64,000 bases of DNA from Propionibacteriaceae bacterium. GTDB taxonomy: Bacteria; Actinomycetota; Actinomycetes; Propionibacteriales; Propionibacteriaceae. The stretch spans positions 17,209 through 81,208 of the forward strand of contig DASQDG010000038.1 in the NCBI GenBank assembly GCA_035634295.1, written 5' to 3'. Below the pieces are notes generated by a model that worked only from the letters and a program-made list of their open reading frames with translations, made no database searches and had not been told where the DNA came from. This document shows, one piece after another, positions 17,703-27,846 of this stretch (the first letter of the stretch is position 1; every line of letters begins with the position of its first letter). Both the position numbers and the translations under genes were made by a program.

Positions 17703-19094
17703 CTACAGGACCGTATCCACGAGGACCATGTTGTGGTCCGAGGGACGAAGGCTGTCGGTCACCTTCATCACGTTCTCGTAGCGGGCGGTGCCCCAGGCGC
17801 GCTTGACGTAGAGGTGGTCGAGCCGGACGCCGACACCGTGTGCGGACAGCGGGATGCGGGTCTTGAAACCGTTGAAGGTCGTGTACCGAAAGTTGACCCT
17901 CCTGGTGGCCGCGGAGGTGTCGTAGTAGCCGAGTCGCACCAGCCGGTCGTGCGGGCTGTTGCCGACGCGGTTGTTCTGCCAGGAGTTGAAGTCACCCCCG
18001 ATGATGACGGGGTCCTTCGACCGGTTGTGGTAGGCAACCGCGCCCGCGGCGTAGTTGGCCTGCCGGTAGCGCAGGGCGTCGTACTTTCTTTCGGTGGCGG
18101 CATTGCCGCTGTGCCGGTGGTCGAGGTGCACCGACACCACCCAGAAGCGCTTGCCGGTCCGGCGGTCACGGAAGTGCGCGATGGCGCCCCGCCGCTTGTC
18201 CTTACCGCTGTCAGAGCTGAGAATCGGCAGGGTCAGGCTGCACGCGTTGGAGTAGGAGCGTCCGCCGGTGGACTCCGGGCAGCGGTTGATCAAGCTGTAG
18301 CGGTTGGAGTCGTAGAGAATACGGCCGCCCTGCGTGCCGGAGGGCACACCGGGCGCGACGTACGGGGTGGTCCGGACTAACCGATAGCGCCCGCCGCCGT
18401 TCCTGGCCAGCGCGGTGAGCAGGCTGGTGGTCTGGCGTGGGTTTCCTTTGGTGGTGCCCTTCTTGCCGTCCGCCCGGCCGGGGCCGAGCTCCTGCAGCGC
18501 CACCACGCCCGGGTGCTGATAAACGATCTGGCGGGCCACCTTGTTCACCCGCTGGTTCCAGCTGTGCTTGTCCTGGGTGGCGTAGGAGGTCCGTACGTTG
18601 AACGTGGCCACCCGAATGGGCGTGCCCTTGGCCTTGGGGGCGGCTGGTCGGGGCAGCACCGCGCGCTGATAAGGGTACGCGCGGACCGCCATGCCGCTGC
18701 CGGCGGTGTTCACGGCGTAGAGCCGGAAGAACAGCGCATTGCCCGAGGCCACACCAGCGCCCAGAGAGTAGACCTTGCTCGCCGACAAGGTCGCAGAACG
18801 CTGCCTGCCGGAGAAGTACGTAACCCGGGAGCGGCGACCGCCGCTGGGACCGGCGGAGCTGCTGCGGCCGAACGTGTTGAGTGCGGTCACCAGCCGGAAC
18901 CCGCTGGTGTTGCGCCCTGTGGAGGACCACCGCAAGGTGATTTGTCCGGTGCGGGGGCCGGGCGAGGCGCTGACGCTGGTGATGGCTGCTGGCGTTGCGG
19001 GTCGAGCCGCCGCGGCGGGTTGTGGGGCGAGGAGAGCGGGAAGGAGGGCGAAGGCGGACCATGCGGACAACACGGCCACTGTCGATTTGGGCAC
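17703..19094 (-). CDS. Secreted endonuclease/exonuclease/phosphatase (EEP) family protein with N-terminal Fn3-like domain
   Basis: Signal-peptide-like N-terminus ending AAAA; VATFNV, ALQEL, IIGGDFNS, RLDHLYV, SDHNMV. Start uncertain (19094 or 19115). Confidence 0.8.
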   Translation of the reverse strand: MPKSTVAVLSAWSAFALLPALLAPQPAAAARPATPAAITSVSASPGPRTGQITLRWSSTGRNTSGFRLVTALNTFGRSSSAGPSGGRRSRVTYFSGRQRSATLSASKVYSLGAGVASGNALFFRLYAVNTAGSGMAVRAYPYQRAVLPRPAAPKAKGTPIRVATFNVRTSYATQDKHSWNQRVNKVARQIVYQHPGVVALQELGPGRADGKKGTTKGNPRQTTSLLTALARNGGGRYRLVRTTPYVAPGVPSGTQGGRILYDSNRYSLINRCPESTGGRSYSNACSLTLPILSSDSGKDKRRGAIAHFRDRRTGKRFWVVSVHLDHRHSGNAATERKYDALRYRQANYAAGAVAYHNRSKDPVIIGGDFNSWQNNRVGNSPHDRLVRLGYYDTSAATRRVNFRYTTFNGFKTRIPLSAHGVGVRLDHLYVKRAWGTARYENVMKVTDSLRPSDHNMVLVDTVL

Positions 19095-19463
19095 GAGTGG
19101 GGACTCCCTGACCATAAGGATTGAATGTCGGTTAATCCCCCGAGAGCCTGTTCGGCGACGCTCCACCCAGTGGTGGCAAATGCGTCACATGCTGCGTGTG
19201 AACTGAGCCTCAGCTGTCGTCCATTAGCCCGACGACGTCCACCCGAGAAAGAGTGCGAGAGGTGACCGCAATGCCTAGGAGGTCGCCATTAGTCAACCAA
19301 GTCAGCTGATTGGGCGGGATAATGCTTGCTGCCCATTTACTGTGTCTCGATGATTCAATATAAGCAGGAAGACACCCGATAATCAAAAAAGGCGGCGACA
19401 TTTGTCGCGCTATTCTCAGGAATAGTGGCCTAAAGGCATGACTGACATCGGTACTTTCATCGG

Positions 19464-19537
19464 TCGGGCTGACAGGATTCGAACCTGCGACCCCGTGACC
19501 CCCAGTCACGTGCGCTACCAAGCTGCGCCACAGCCCG
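19464..19537 (-). tRNA. tRNA-Pro(GGG)
   Basis: cgggctg acceptor stem, D arm agcttggtagc, anticodon arm cgtga-ctGGGgg-tcacg, T arm gttcgaatc; CCA not encoded. Confidence 0.97.
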
Positions 19538-19617
19538 TGTGCAGCCACTATGAGCAAGTGGTGCCACGACGGGGAACTGTACACGACGGCGCTGGCCGCC
19601 CGCCGTGGCTCCCGCGG

Positions 19618-20991
19618 CTAGCGGTCGCGGCGCTTCTCCCGCGCCCGGACCTGGACGTGTACGGGTGTGCCGACGAAGCCGAACTCCTCGCGCAGCCGGC
19701 GTTCCACGAAGCGGAGATAGCCGGGCTCGATCTGGCCGCTGGTGAAGAGCACGAAGGTCGGTGGCGCGGTCTGGGCCTGGGTGCCGAACAGGATCCGTGG
19801 CTGCTTGCCGCCGCGGACCGGATGGGGGTGGGCGGCCACGATCCGCCCCAGAAACGCGTTCAGCTTTCCGGTCGAGATGCGGGTCTCCCAGCCCTGCAGA
19901 GCCTCGCGGATGGCCGGTCCGAGACGGTCCACGTGCCTCCCGGTCTCGGCGGAGATGTTCACATGCCCGGCCCAGGAGAACTGGACGAGGTCGCGCTCGA
20001 TCTCCCGGTCGAGGTAGCGCCGCCGCTCCTCGTCGGTCAGGTCCCACTTGTTGAAGGCGATCACCAGCGCCCGCCCGGCCTCCTCGACCGAGGACAGGAT
20101 CCGCAGATCCTGCTCACTGACCGGCTCGCTGGAGTCCACCACGACCACGCACACCTCGGCCCGCTCGATCGCCCCGTGGGTGCGCAGAGAGGCGTAGTAC
20201 TCGTGCCCGGAGGCTTCCTTGACGCGTCGGCGAATCCCCGCGGTGTCGATGAAGCGATAGATATCGCCGTCGACCTCGACCAGCTCGTCGACCGGGTCCA
20301 CCGTCGTTCCGGCCACGTCGTCCACCACAACCCGCTGCTGGCGGGCCAGCTTGTTGAGCAGGCTAGATTTGCCCACATTTGGCCGGCCGACGAGCGCAAC
20401 CCGGCGTGGGCCACGCTCGGCAGGCTGTCCCTCCCGAGGTGCCTGCGGCAGTGCGGCCAAGATCGCGTCCAGCAGGTCACCGCTGCCGCGGCCGTGCAGC
20501 GCCGACACCGGGAACGGCTCCCCCAGCCCCAGGTTCCACATGGTGGCCGCCTCGGCTTCGGTCCGCTGGTCGTCGACCTTGTTGGCGGCCAGCACGACCG
20601 GCTTGCGGCTGCGGCGCAGCACTTGGACCACCGCCTCGTCGACATCCTGAGTGCCCACGGTGGCGTCCACCACGAACAGCACGGCGTCAGCGGCGGCGAT
20701 GGCCAGCTCGGCCTGCTCGGCGATCTGGGCCGCCATCCCCTTCGCGTCCGGAGCCCAACCGCCAGTGTCGACCACCACGAACTGACGTCCGTTCCAGTGG
20801 GCGTCATAGGACACCCGGTCGCGGGTGACGCCGGGGACGTCCTGGACGACCGCCTCGCGGCGACCGATGATCCGGTTGACCAGCGTCGACTTGCCCACGT
20901 TGGGGCGCCCGACAACGGCCACCACCGGCGCGATCGGTGTCGCTTCGGGCAGTTCGCCCTCGAGCGGATCTGCTCGTGGTAGATCAGACAT
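19618..20991 (-). CDS. der: Ribosome biogenesis GTPase Der/EngA
   Basis: Two G domains (GRPNVGKS twice, DTGG/DTAG, NKVD/NKWD) and a KH-like C-terminus. Confidence 0.97.
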   Translation of the reverse strand: MSDLPRADPLEGELPEATPIAPVVAVVGRPNVGKSTLVNRIIGRREAVVQDVPGVTRDRVSYDAHWNGRQFVVVDTGGWAPDAKGMAAQIAEQAELAIAAADAVLFVVDATVGTQDVDEAVVQVLRRSRKPVVLAANKVDDQRTEAEAATMWNLGLGEPFPVSALHGRGSGDLLDAILAALPQAPREGQPAERGPRRVALVGRPNVGKSSLLNKLARQQRVVVDDVAGTTVDPVDELVEVDGDIYRFIDTAGIRRRVKEASGHEYYASLRTHGAIERAEVCVVVVDSSEPVSEQDLRILSSVEEAGRALVIAFNKWDLTDEERRRYLDREIERDLVQFSWAGHVNISAETGRHVDRLGPAIREALQGWETRISTGKLNAFLGRIVAAHPHPVRGGKQPRILFGTQAQTAPPTFVLFTSGQIEPGYLRFVERRLREEFGFVGTPVHVQVRAREKRRDR

Positions 20992-21014
20992 CTGTGCTCT
21001 CGTCGGTGTCGCGT

Positions 21015-21737
21015 TCAGGCCCTGATGGGTTTCGGCTTCGGTGGCCCGGGCAAGGGTAGCCCTGTCAGCGACTGCGCCGCTCGGACGTGCTCGGCCAACT
21101 GGCTACGCAGCTGCTCGGTGTAGTCGGCCACAACCGCTCGGCGTCGGGGCCAGCCCAGCTGCGGCAGGGAGATCGGTGCGCCGTAGACGACGTGGATCGG
21201 TGCTCGACGGTGCGGCGTCTGACTGGTGCTCTGCCCCGCTTCCCGGGTGCCCAGGATCGCCACCGGCACCACCGGCGCCCCGGTCACCAGCGCCAGATAG
21301 GCCGCGCCGCCCCGAGCGTATGTCACCTCGCCGGCCCCGCGTACGCCTTCGGGGAACACGGCCAGCACCTTGCCCGTACGCAGCACCTGCAGCGCCCGGC
21401 TGATCGCCCGCTTGTCGGTGGTCCGCCGGTTCACGGAGATCTGGCCCGCGTGGGTGAACACCGCGCCGGACACCCCGGTGAACAGGTCGTCCTTGGCCAA
21501 CGCAAAGCACAGCCGCCGGCTGATTGCGACCAGCAAAGGCCCGTCCAGGATCCCGATGTGGTTGGCGGCCAAGATGACCCCGCCCTTGGCCGGCACGTGG
21601 TGCGCGCCGTGTACCTGCACGTTCCACAGCATCCGCATGACCCAGGCCACCGGCCGGCGGATGACGCTCAGCGACCACTGACGGATCGGCGGCAGTTCCT
21701 CGAGCCGCGGAATGGCTGGATCGATGTCCAGGGTCAT
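21015..21737 (-). CDS. Lysophospholipid acyltransferase (PlsC family)
   Basis: NHIGILDG (HxxxxD), VFPEGVR; conserved position between cmk and der. Confidence 0.9.
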   Translation of the reverse strand: MTLDIDPAIPRLEELPPIRQWSLSVIRRPVAWVMRMLWNVQVHGAHHVPAKGGVILAANHIGILDGPLLVAISRRLCFALAKDDLFTGVSGAVFTHAGQISVNRRTTDKRAISRALQVLRTGKVLAVFPEGVRGAGEVTYARGGAAYLALVTGAPVVPVAILGTREAGQSTSQTPHRRAPIHVVYGAPISLPQLGWPRRRAVVADYTEQLRSQLAEHVRAAQSLTGLPLPGPPKPKPIRA

Positions 21738-22435
21738 CGCGACACCGGCTGGCGGGACTCCTCGACCAGAGCGCAGATCGCCTCGACCACTTGGTCCAGG
21801 GTGTGATGGGTCGAGTCCACCAGCACCACACCGGGCGCGGCCGCGTGGAACTGGGCGACGGTGGAGTCGTCGGCGTCGCGGCGGATGACCTGGTCGGTCA
21901 CCGAGGCGGTGTCCACGCGTCCGCCGAGCTCGGCCTCGCGTCGCGCCACCCTGGCCTGCGGGTCGGCCACCAGCAGGATCCGCACCTGCGCGTCCGGGGC
22001 GACCACAGTGGTGATGTCGCGACCCTCGGCCACGATGCCCGGGTCCGCTTCGGCGATCAGGTGCTGTTGGTGCCGCACCAGCATTGCGCGTACGGCCAGG
22101 TTGGTGGCGATCGCGCTGACGGCCGCGGAGACCTCCGGCTCGCGGATCGCCTCGGTGACGTCGTGGCCGTCAATGGCGATGGTGGGCGCCGCCGGGTCGA
22201 GGCTGATGGTCATCGCCGCGTTGGCCACCAAGTCCGCCACCGCGGCGGTGTCGGCGGTGTCCAGCCCCGAGTGCAGGGCCAGCCAGGTGGCGGCTCGATA
22301 CATCGCGCCGGTGTCCAGATAGGCCAGCCCGAGGCGGACCGCAACACCGCGTGAGGTGGACGACTTGCCGGACCCACTCGGGCCGTCAATCGCCACCACG
22401 AGTCGCTGCGCGGTTCCCACTGTTGGCTCGGACAC
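21734..22435 (-). CDS. cmk: Cytidylate kinase
   Basis: VAIDGPSGSGKS, YLDTGAMYRA, VAEGRDITTVV; TAGGCT -10 box before GTG 22435. Confidence 0.95.
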   Translation of the reverse strand: MSEPTVGTAQRLVVAIDGPSGSGKSSTSRGVAVRLGLAYLDTGAMYRAATWLALHSGLDTADTAAVADLVANAAMTISLDPAAPTIAIDGHDVTEAIREPEVSAAVSAIATNLAVRAMLVRHQQHLIAEADPGIVAEGRDITTVVAPDAQVRILLVADPQARVARREAELGGRVDTASVTDQVIRRDADDSTVAQFHAAAPGVVLVDSTHHTLDQVVEAICALVEESRQPVSR

Positions 22436-22499
22436 GACGGTCAGCCTACTCAACGGCACCGACTGCCGCGCTCGGATTGAGCTGGCGCTGGTGTCCTGC

Positions 22500-23600
22500 C
22501 TAGAGGCGCACCTCCCAGCCGGACTCGTTCATCGCGCCCGCGAGCCCCCCGGCCAGCTCGGGGGCGACCGACAAGGAGAGGTAGCCGACCTGGCGCACCT
22601 GGTCGTGCTCGATGGCGATGTCCTCGACGTTGACCCCGGCACGGCCGACGTCGGTGAACAGCCGGGCCAGTGCTCCCGGTGCGTCCGGGATGGCCACTAC
22701 CACCTGGGCATAGGCCACCGGGGCCGCGCCGTGCTTGCCCGGGATCTTGCGGGTGCCGGCCAGCCCGCGGGCGAGCTGGCTGCGCAAGTCCTCGGTCTCC
22801 GGCACGGCCTCAACGGCTTTGATCACCTGGTCCAACGAGTCGGCCACCGCCCGCAGCTCCGACAGCACGGCGGCCGAGTTGGCCCCGACGATCTGCTCCC
22901 ACAGCAGCGGATCGCTTCCGGCCACCCGGGTGACGTCGCGCAGTCCCTGGCCGGCCAGGCGCAGATGCCGCTCCGGCACAGTAGTCAAGTGGCCGGCCAT
23001 CAGCACCGACATCAGGTGTGGCAGGTGCGACACCCGTGCCACCGCGGCGTCGTGGTCGTCGACGTCCATCACCACCGGCACCGCGCCGCAGGCCTCGGCC
23101 AAGCGTTGCACCCGCATCCGCGAGTCCGCTGCCGAACGCCGGTGTGGCGTGATAACCCAGCTGCGGTCCTCGAAGAGGTCGGCCCGCGCGGTCACCGGGC
23201 CGGAGTGCTGGGAACCCGCCATCGGGTGGGAGCCGACATAGCGTTCCAGCGGCAGGGGGCTGTCCCAGAGGGCGTCCAGCACCCCTGCCTTCACCGAGCC
23301 GACGTCGGTCACCGTCGCGGCCGGGTAGTCCTGCAGCGAGCTAGCCACCACCGAGGCGATCGCCCGCGGTGGGACGGCGACGACGACGAGGCCGACCTCG
23401 GCGCGGCGTGGTACATCGGTGGTGCCGGCCCCGAGCGAGGCGGCGACCCGGGCGTGGCTCAGCTTGGCGTCACGCAGGTGCACCATCTGGCCGCGCTCGG
23501 TGAGCGCGCAGCCGATCGAGGCCCCGATCAGGCCCGCCCCGATCACCACCACCGGTGCCGACAACGGGTGGGCGGCCTCCGACGCCTGCGACTCGGTCAC
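22500..23600 (-). CDS. tyrA: Prephenate dehydrogenase with C-terminal ACT domain
   Basis: [50 protein letters not shown]. Confidence 0.93.
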   Translation of the reverse strand: MTESQASEAAHPLSAPVVVIGAGLIGASIGCALTERGQMVHLRDAKLSHARVAASLGAGTTDVPRRAEVGLVVVAVPPRAIASVVASSLQDYPAATVTDVGSVKAGVLDALWDSPLPLERYVGSHPMAGSQHSGPVTARADLFEDRSWVITPHRRSAADSRMRVQRLAEACGAVPVVMDVDDHDAAVARVSHLPHLMSVLMAGHLTTVPERHLRLAGQGLRDVTRVAGSDPLLWEQIVGANSAAVLSELRAVADSLDQVIKAVEAVPETEDLRSQLARGLAGTRKIPGKHGAAPVAYAQVVVAIPDAPGALARLFTDVGRAGVNVEDIAIEHDQVRQVGYLSLSVAPELAGGLAGAMNESGWEVRL

Positions 23601-24451
23601 CTCGGGGAGTCCTCCGGCGGCGCCTCGCCCGGCGGCGCCTTTCCCTGAGGTGCCGGGGACCCACCCCGCGACAAGTCGGTCTCGCTCAGGGGTGGCTCCG
23701 GGTCCGGCACCCGCGGCGCCTCGGGTCCTTGGTCCTCAGGCTCGACCTGGTCGGTGAGCAGGGCAGCCAGCCGGTCACCGGCGATCCGGCGAAACTTGCG
23801 CGGCAGGGTCCGCGTCCGGTCCAAGATGGCCACCTCGAGCGCCTCCACCCCCAAAGTGCGCGGCTCGACGCCTGCGCCGCCGTCGGCACCGAGGCTGCGA
23901 ACAGCCAGCTGGGCGGCGTCGGCCAGCCGTAGGTCCGGCTGGAAGCCGCGCCGCACCACCTCGGCGATCACGTCGGCCGAGCCGCCCATCACCGCGAAGC
24001 CCTGCTCGTCGCCGACCGAACCGTCATAGGTGAGCCGATAGATCTGGTCGTCCTCACGGGTGGCGCCCAGCTCGGCCACGATGATCTCCACCTCGTACGG
24101 CTTGTCACCGCCGGAGGAGAAGATGGTGCCGAGCAGCTGGGCGTAGGCGTTGGCCAGGCCTCGTCCGGTCACGTCCGTGCGGTCATAGCTGTAGCCCCGC
24201 AGGTCGGCGTAGCGGATGCCCGCCGTACGCAGGTTCTCGAACTCGTTGTAGCGCCCGACTGCGGCGAACCCGATCCGGTCATAGATCTCGCTCACCTTGT
24301 GCAGGGCCTGGGAGCGGTTCTCGGCCACGAACAAGATGCCCTCGGCGTAGTGCATCACGACGACCGAGCGACCTCGGGCGATGCCCTTGCGGGCGAAGTC
24401 CGCCCGGTCCTTCATCTGTTGCTCGGGAGCGACGTAGAACGGCATGCTCAT
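23597..24451 (-). CDS. prcA: 20S proteasome alpha subunit
   Basis: [48 protein letters not shown]; Pro/Glu-rich C-terminal extension. Confidence 0.96.
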   Translation of the reverse strand: MSMPFYVAPEQQMKDRADFARKGIARGRSVVVMHYAEGILFVAENRSQALHKVSEIYDRIGFAAVGRYNEFENLRTAGIRYADLRGYSYDRTDVTGRGLANAYAQLLGTIFSSGGDKPYEVEIIVAELGATREDDQIYRLTYDGSVGDEQGFAVMGGSADVIAEVVRRGFQPDLRLADAAQLAVRSLGADGGAGVEPRTLGVEALEVAILDRTRTLPRKFRRIAGDRLAALLTDQVEPEDQGPEAPRVPDPEPPLSETDLSRGGSPAPQGKAPPGEAPPEDSPR

Positions 24452-24490
24452 GCCGCGCACCTCCTGCTGTGCCTCATCGAAAGTTGTGCC

Positions 24491-25360
24491 TCACGACAGT
24501 GCCGCGCCCGGACCGTCGGGCCGCACCATCCGCGAGGCCATCATCTGGTCCATCATCTCGGCCACGGAGGCATCGCTGACCCGCTCCACGCCGTGGGCGG
24601 TGGCCACCAGCACCACCGGGAAGATCCGTCGGGTCAGGTCGGGCCCACCGGTGGCAGAGTCGTCGTCGGCGGCGTCGTAGAGCGCCTGCACCAGAGCCAT
24701 CGCGCAGTCGGCGGCCTCGAAGTCGGGCCGGTAGAGCTTCTTCAGTGACCCCCGGGCGAACACCGAGCCCGAGCCGACCGAGAAGAACGCGTGCTCCTCA
24801 TAGCGGCCGCCGGTGGCGTCATAGGAGAAGATCCGGCCCTGCTCGGCTGCGACGTCCCAGCCGGCAAAGAGCGGCACTACCACCAGACCTTGCAGGGCGA
24901 GGCCAAGGTTGCCGCGGATCATGGTGGCCAGCCTGTTGGCCTTGCCGACCATAGACAGCGGCGCGCCCTCGATCTTCTCGTAGTGCTCCAGCTCGACCTG
25001 GAAGAGGCCGACCATCTCCACCGCGATCCCGGCCGCGCCGGCGATGCCCACGATGGAGAACTCGTCGGCGGGGAACACCTTCTCGATGTCGCGTTGGGCG
25101 ATCAGGTTGCCCATGGTGGCGCGCCGGTCACCGGCGACCACGACGCCGCCCGGGAAAGTGGCGGCCACGATGGTGGTGCCGTGCGGCGCCAGATCGCCGG
25201 CACCGGCACCTGCCCCACCGACCCGGGCCGCCGGCAGCACCCCCGGCGCCACGGCCGCGGCGAACTCCGAGAAGGACGAGGAACCGCCGGTGAGGTATTC
25301 AGCGGGCAGACCTGGCAGGCCGGCCGCGGCGGCCGAACCGAAGACCGAACTCGGGCTCAC
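24491..25360 (-). CDS. prcB: 20S proteasome beta subunit (propeptide + Thr nucleophile)
   Basis: HG/TTIVA cleavage site, [24 protein letters not shown]. Confidence 0.96.
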   Translation of the reverse strand: MSPSSVFGSAAAAGLPGLPAEYLTGGSSSFSEFAAAVAPGVLPAARVGGAGAGAGDLAPHGTTIVAATFPGGVVVAGDRRATMGNLIAQRDIEKVFPADEFSIVGIAGAAGIAVEMVGLFQVELEHYEKIEGAPLSMVGKANRLATMIRGNLGLALQGLVVVPLFAGWDVAAEQGRIFSYDATGGRYEEHAFFSVGSGSVFARGSLKKLYRPDFEAADCAMALVQALYDAADDDSATGGPDLTRRIFPVVLVATAHGVERVSDASVAEMMDQMMASRMVRPDGPGAALS

Positions 25361-25569
25361 TGGCCGCCCTTCTGCACGAACGAGCGGACGAACTCTTCGG
25401 CGTTGACCTCCAAGACGTCGTCGATCTCGTCCAGCAGCGAGTCGACGTCGGAGTCGATCTCGGCCTTGTGAGCGTCGATCTTGGCCTGGTGATCGGCGTC
25501 AGCGGGCGCCTCGACGTCAGTCTCCTCGGTCCTGCGCGCCTTGCTCCTACTCTGCTCTGACTCAGCCAT
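25357..25569 (-). CDS. pup: Prokaryotic ubiquitin-like protein Pup (Gln-terminal)
   Basis: [26 protein letters not shown]; aaggag RBS. Confidence 0.97.
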   Translation of the reverse strand: MAESEQSRSKARRTEETDVEAPADADHQAKIDAHKAEIDSDVDSLLDEIDDVLEVNAEEFVRSFVQKGGQ

Positions 25570-25622
25570 GCTGCTCCTTCACCGTGGGGTGCACCAAGCC
25601 TAACCACGTCGGCTGACACTAG

Positions 25623-25666
25623 AGCGCACCAGCGCACCAGCGCACCAGCGCACCAGCGCACGAGCG
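25623..25666. repeat. 8-bp tandem repeat (AGCGCACC) x5 plus partial copy
   Basis: Copies at 25623, 25631, 25639, 25647 and 25655 (last is agcgcacg), between the dop stop and the pup promoter. Confidence 0.92.
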
Positions 25667-25682
25667 GCTCAGCGCCGGCGGA

Positions 25683-27266
25683 TCAGCGACCGAGCGCCTC
25701 GAACAGCTGCACCACGTCGGAGCACGCGTCGATGATGGCGCCAACCTGTTCGCGAGTGCCCCGCAGCGGGTCCAGCAACGGCACCCGCTGCAGCGCCGGA
25801 CGTCCCGGCACATCGAAGATCACCGAGTCCCAGGAAGCTGCAACCACCGAGGAGCCGAACTTGTCCATCACCCGGCCGCGGAAGTAGGCGCGGGTGTCGC
25901 TGGGTGGGCTGGTGCGGGCCTGCTCCACTTCGTCGTCGCTGACCAACCGGCGCATCTTCCCTCGGCCCACCAGAGCCGCATACAGACTGCGGCGCGGGTC
26001 GACGTCGGCGTACTGCAGGTCGATCATCGCCAGCTTGGGCGCGTCCCAGGCCAGGTGGTCACGCTCTCGATAGGACTCCATCAGCTTCAGCTTGGCCACC
26101 CAGTCCAACTGGTCGGCCAACAGGTACGGGTCCTGCCGGAGCGCGTCCAGGCACTCCTGCCAGCGGCTGAACAGGTCCTTGGCCTCGATCAGGCCGGGCT
26201 CGGTCAGGGTCTCGGCGGCTCGCTCGAGGTGGCTTCGGCAGCCCTCCAGGTAGACCTCCTGCAGGTCGATGGCCGTCACCGCCCGGCCGTCAGCCAGGGT
26301 CAGCGGCCGACGACAGGTGACGTCGTGGCTGACCGCCCGCATGGCCGCGACCGGTGACTCGACCCGCAGGTCCGACCCCAACTCACCGGCCTCGATGGCC
26401 CGCAGCACCCAGGCCGCCGTACCGACTTTGAGGTAGGTCGAGATCTCCGACAGGTTGGCGTCGCCGGTGATCACGTGCAGCCTTCGGTGCCGAGCGGCGT
26501 CGGCGTGCGGCTCGTCGCGGGTGTTGATGATCGGCCGGTTCAACGTGGTCTCCAGCCCCACCTCGGCCTCGAAGAAGTCGGCCCGCTGACTGATCTGAAA
26601 CCCGGGTTGCTGGCTGGTCTGACCGACCCCGACTCGGCCGGCCCCCGTGATCACCTGCCGGGACACGAGAAATCCGGTGAACTGGGTGACGATCCGATCG
26701 AAGGGCGTCGCCCGGTCAAGCAGGTAGTTCTCGTGGGTGCCGTAGGAGGCGCCCTTGCCGTCGGTGTTGTTCTTGTACAGCCGGACCGAGCGCCCCAGCG
26801 ACTGGCTGGCCCGCACCGCCGCCAGCGCCATCACCGCATCGCCGGCCTTGTCGTAGCGGACCACGTCCAGGGCCGAGGTCACCTCGGGCCCGGAGTACTC
26901 GGGGTGAGCGTGGTCGACGTAGAGCCGCGCCCCGTTGGTCAAGATCACGTTGGCCATGCCGAGGTCGGTGTCGGTCAGCTGGTCGGGGTGAGCCTGGGCG
27001 CGGTTCACCTCATAGCCCCGGATGTCGCGCAGCGGCGTCTCGGTCTCGTAGTCCCAGCCCGCCGGCTGCCCGGGCGACGACGACCCGTAGGCCTTGACCA
27101 CGTGATTGGACAGCTGCATCGGGTGCAGCTCCTCGGCGCCCGGCCCGCCGGGCCCGCTGATGCCGTACTCAGTCTCCAGACCCATCACCCTGGTCTGGCG
27201 TGCGGGGCCGCCGGATTCCTCCACGAGGTCCGCAGATCGACCCTCAGACTGCCCCTCTCCCGCCAT
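25683..27266 (-). CDS. dop: Pup deamidase/depupylase Dop
   Basis: RVMGLETEYG, NGARLYVDHAHPEYS, YKNNTDGKGASYGTHENYL, HVITGDAN; TACGCT -10 box 7 nt before ATG 27266. Confidence 0.93.
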   Translation of the reverse strand: MAGEGQSEGRSADLVEESGGPARQTRVMGLETEYGISGPGGPGAEELHPMQLSNHVVKAYGSSSPGQPAGWDYETETPLRDIRGYEVNRAQAHPDQLTDTDLGMANVILTNGARLYVDHAHPEYSGPEVTSALDVVRYDKAGDAVMALAAVRASQSLGRSVRLYKNNTDGKGASYGTHENYLLDRATPFDRIVTQFTGFLVSRQVITGAGRVGVGQTSQQPGFQISQRADFFEAEVGLETTLNRPIINTRDEPHADAARHRRLHVITGDANLSEISTYLKVGTAAWVLRAIEAGELGSDLRVESPVAAMRAVSHDVTCRRPLTLADGRAVTAIDLQEVYLEGCRSHLERAAETLTEPGLIEAKDLFSRWQECLDALRQDPYLLADQLDWVAKLKLMESYRERDHLAWDAPKLAMIDLQYADVDPRRSLYAALVGRGKMRRLVSDDEVEQARTSPPSDTRAYFRGRVMDKFGSSVVAASWDSVIFDVPGRPALQRVPLLDPLRGTREQVGAIIDACSDVVQLFEALGR

Positions 27267-27335
27267 GCCCTTCAGCGTAGTGTGAGGGGCACATGGCCTG
27301 GCCTTTCCGGCGTGCCGGACGGGCTCGCCGCTCCT

Positions 27336-27364
27336 GATGTCCGGTCCGAACGGGCGGCTCCGAC
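27336..27364 (+). promoter_or_regulatory. Candidate ECF42-type promoter for the yciI-sigma operon
   Basis: gaTGTCCG-N17-CGAC upstream of the YciI gene, resembling the TGTCGA / CG(A/T)C motif recalled for ECF42 sigma factors; one mismatch in -35. Confidence 0.45.
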
Positions 27365-27413
27365 ATCCCTGTCGAACGCACCAAGACGAGGTGCCTGAGA
27401 TGAGGAGAGCACG

Positions 27414-27815
27414 ATGAAGTACCTGATCCTGCTGTACGGCTCGCAGCGCGACTACGACGCGATGGCCGGCCTGGAGGGCGCGAAGCCGGCGATGACCGCT
27501 GAGGAGGTGGCCGCGATGCACGCCCAGATGGAGTCCTTCCACCAGCGACTGGTCGAGAGCGGGGAGCTGGTGGACGCCCAAGGGCTGTCCGCCCCGGTGC
27601 ATGCTCGACGGGTCCAGCTGAGCGCCGGCTCGCCGGTGGTCACAGACGGGCCGTACCCGGAGACCCAGGAGGTGCTTGCGGGCTACACCGTGGTCGACTG
27701 CGCGAGCTTCGACCGGGCGACCGAGATCGCCGCCGGCCTCGTCAACCCGCAGGCCGAGGGTGAGTACGTCGACGTAAGGCCGATCCTGGACGGCATCGAC
27801 GACCTGCAGCCGTGA
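27414..27815 (+). CDS. YciI/DGPF-family protein
   Basis: MKYLILLY, VVTDGPYPETQEVLAGYTVVDC; aggag RBS. Confidence 0.9.
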   Translation: MKYLILLYGSQRDYDAMAGLEGAKPAMTAEEVAAMHAQMESFHQRLVESGELVDAQGLSAPVHARRVQLSAGSPVVTDGPYPETQEVLAGYTVVDCASFDRATEIAAGLVNPQAEGEYVDVRPILDGIDDLQP

Positions 27816-27846
27816 CGCAGGTTGCGCGCAGAACCCCTTCCCGCCG

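Noticed and set aside
2284-19463. Polymer cluster as a recent, intact integrative element
   Set aside because: No integrase or transposase, no att duplication seen, coding GC looks host-like, and it contains a host-type REP copy.
19210-19584. 124-aa ORF across tRNA-Pro
   Set aside because: Overlaps the tRNA, has atypical codon use and no recognisable motif.
25357-25569. Pup ending in Gln rather than Glu
   Set aside because: Normal variant; Dop deamidates it and dop is adjacent.
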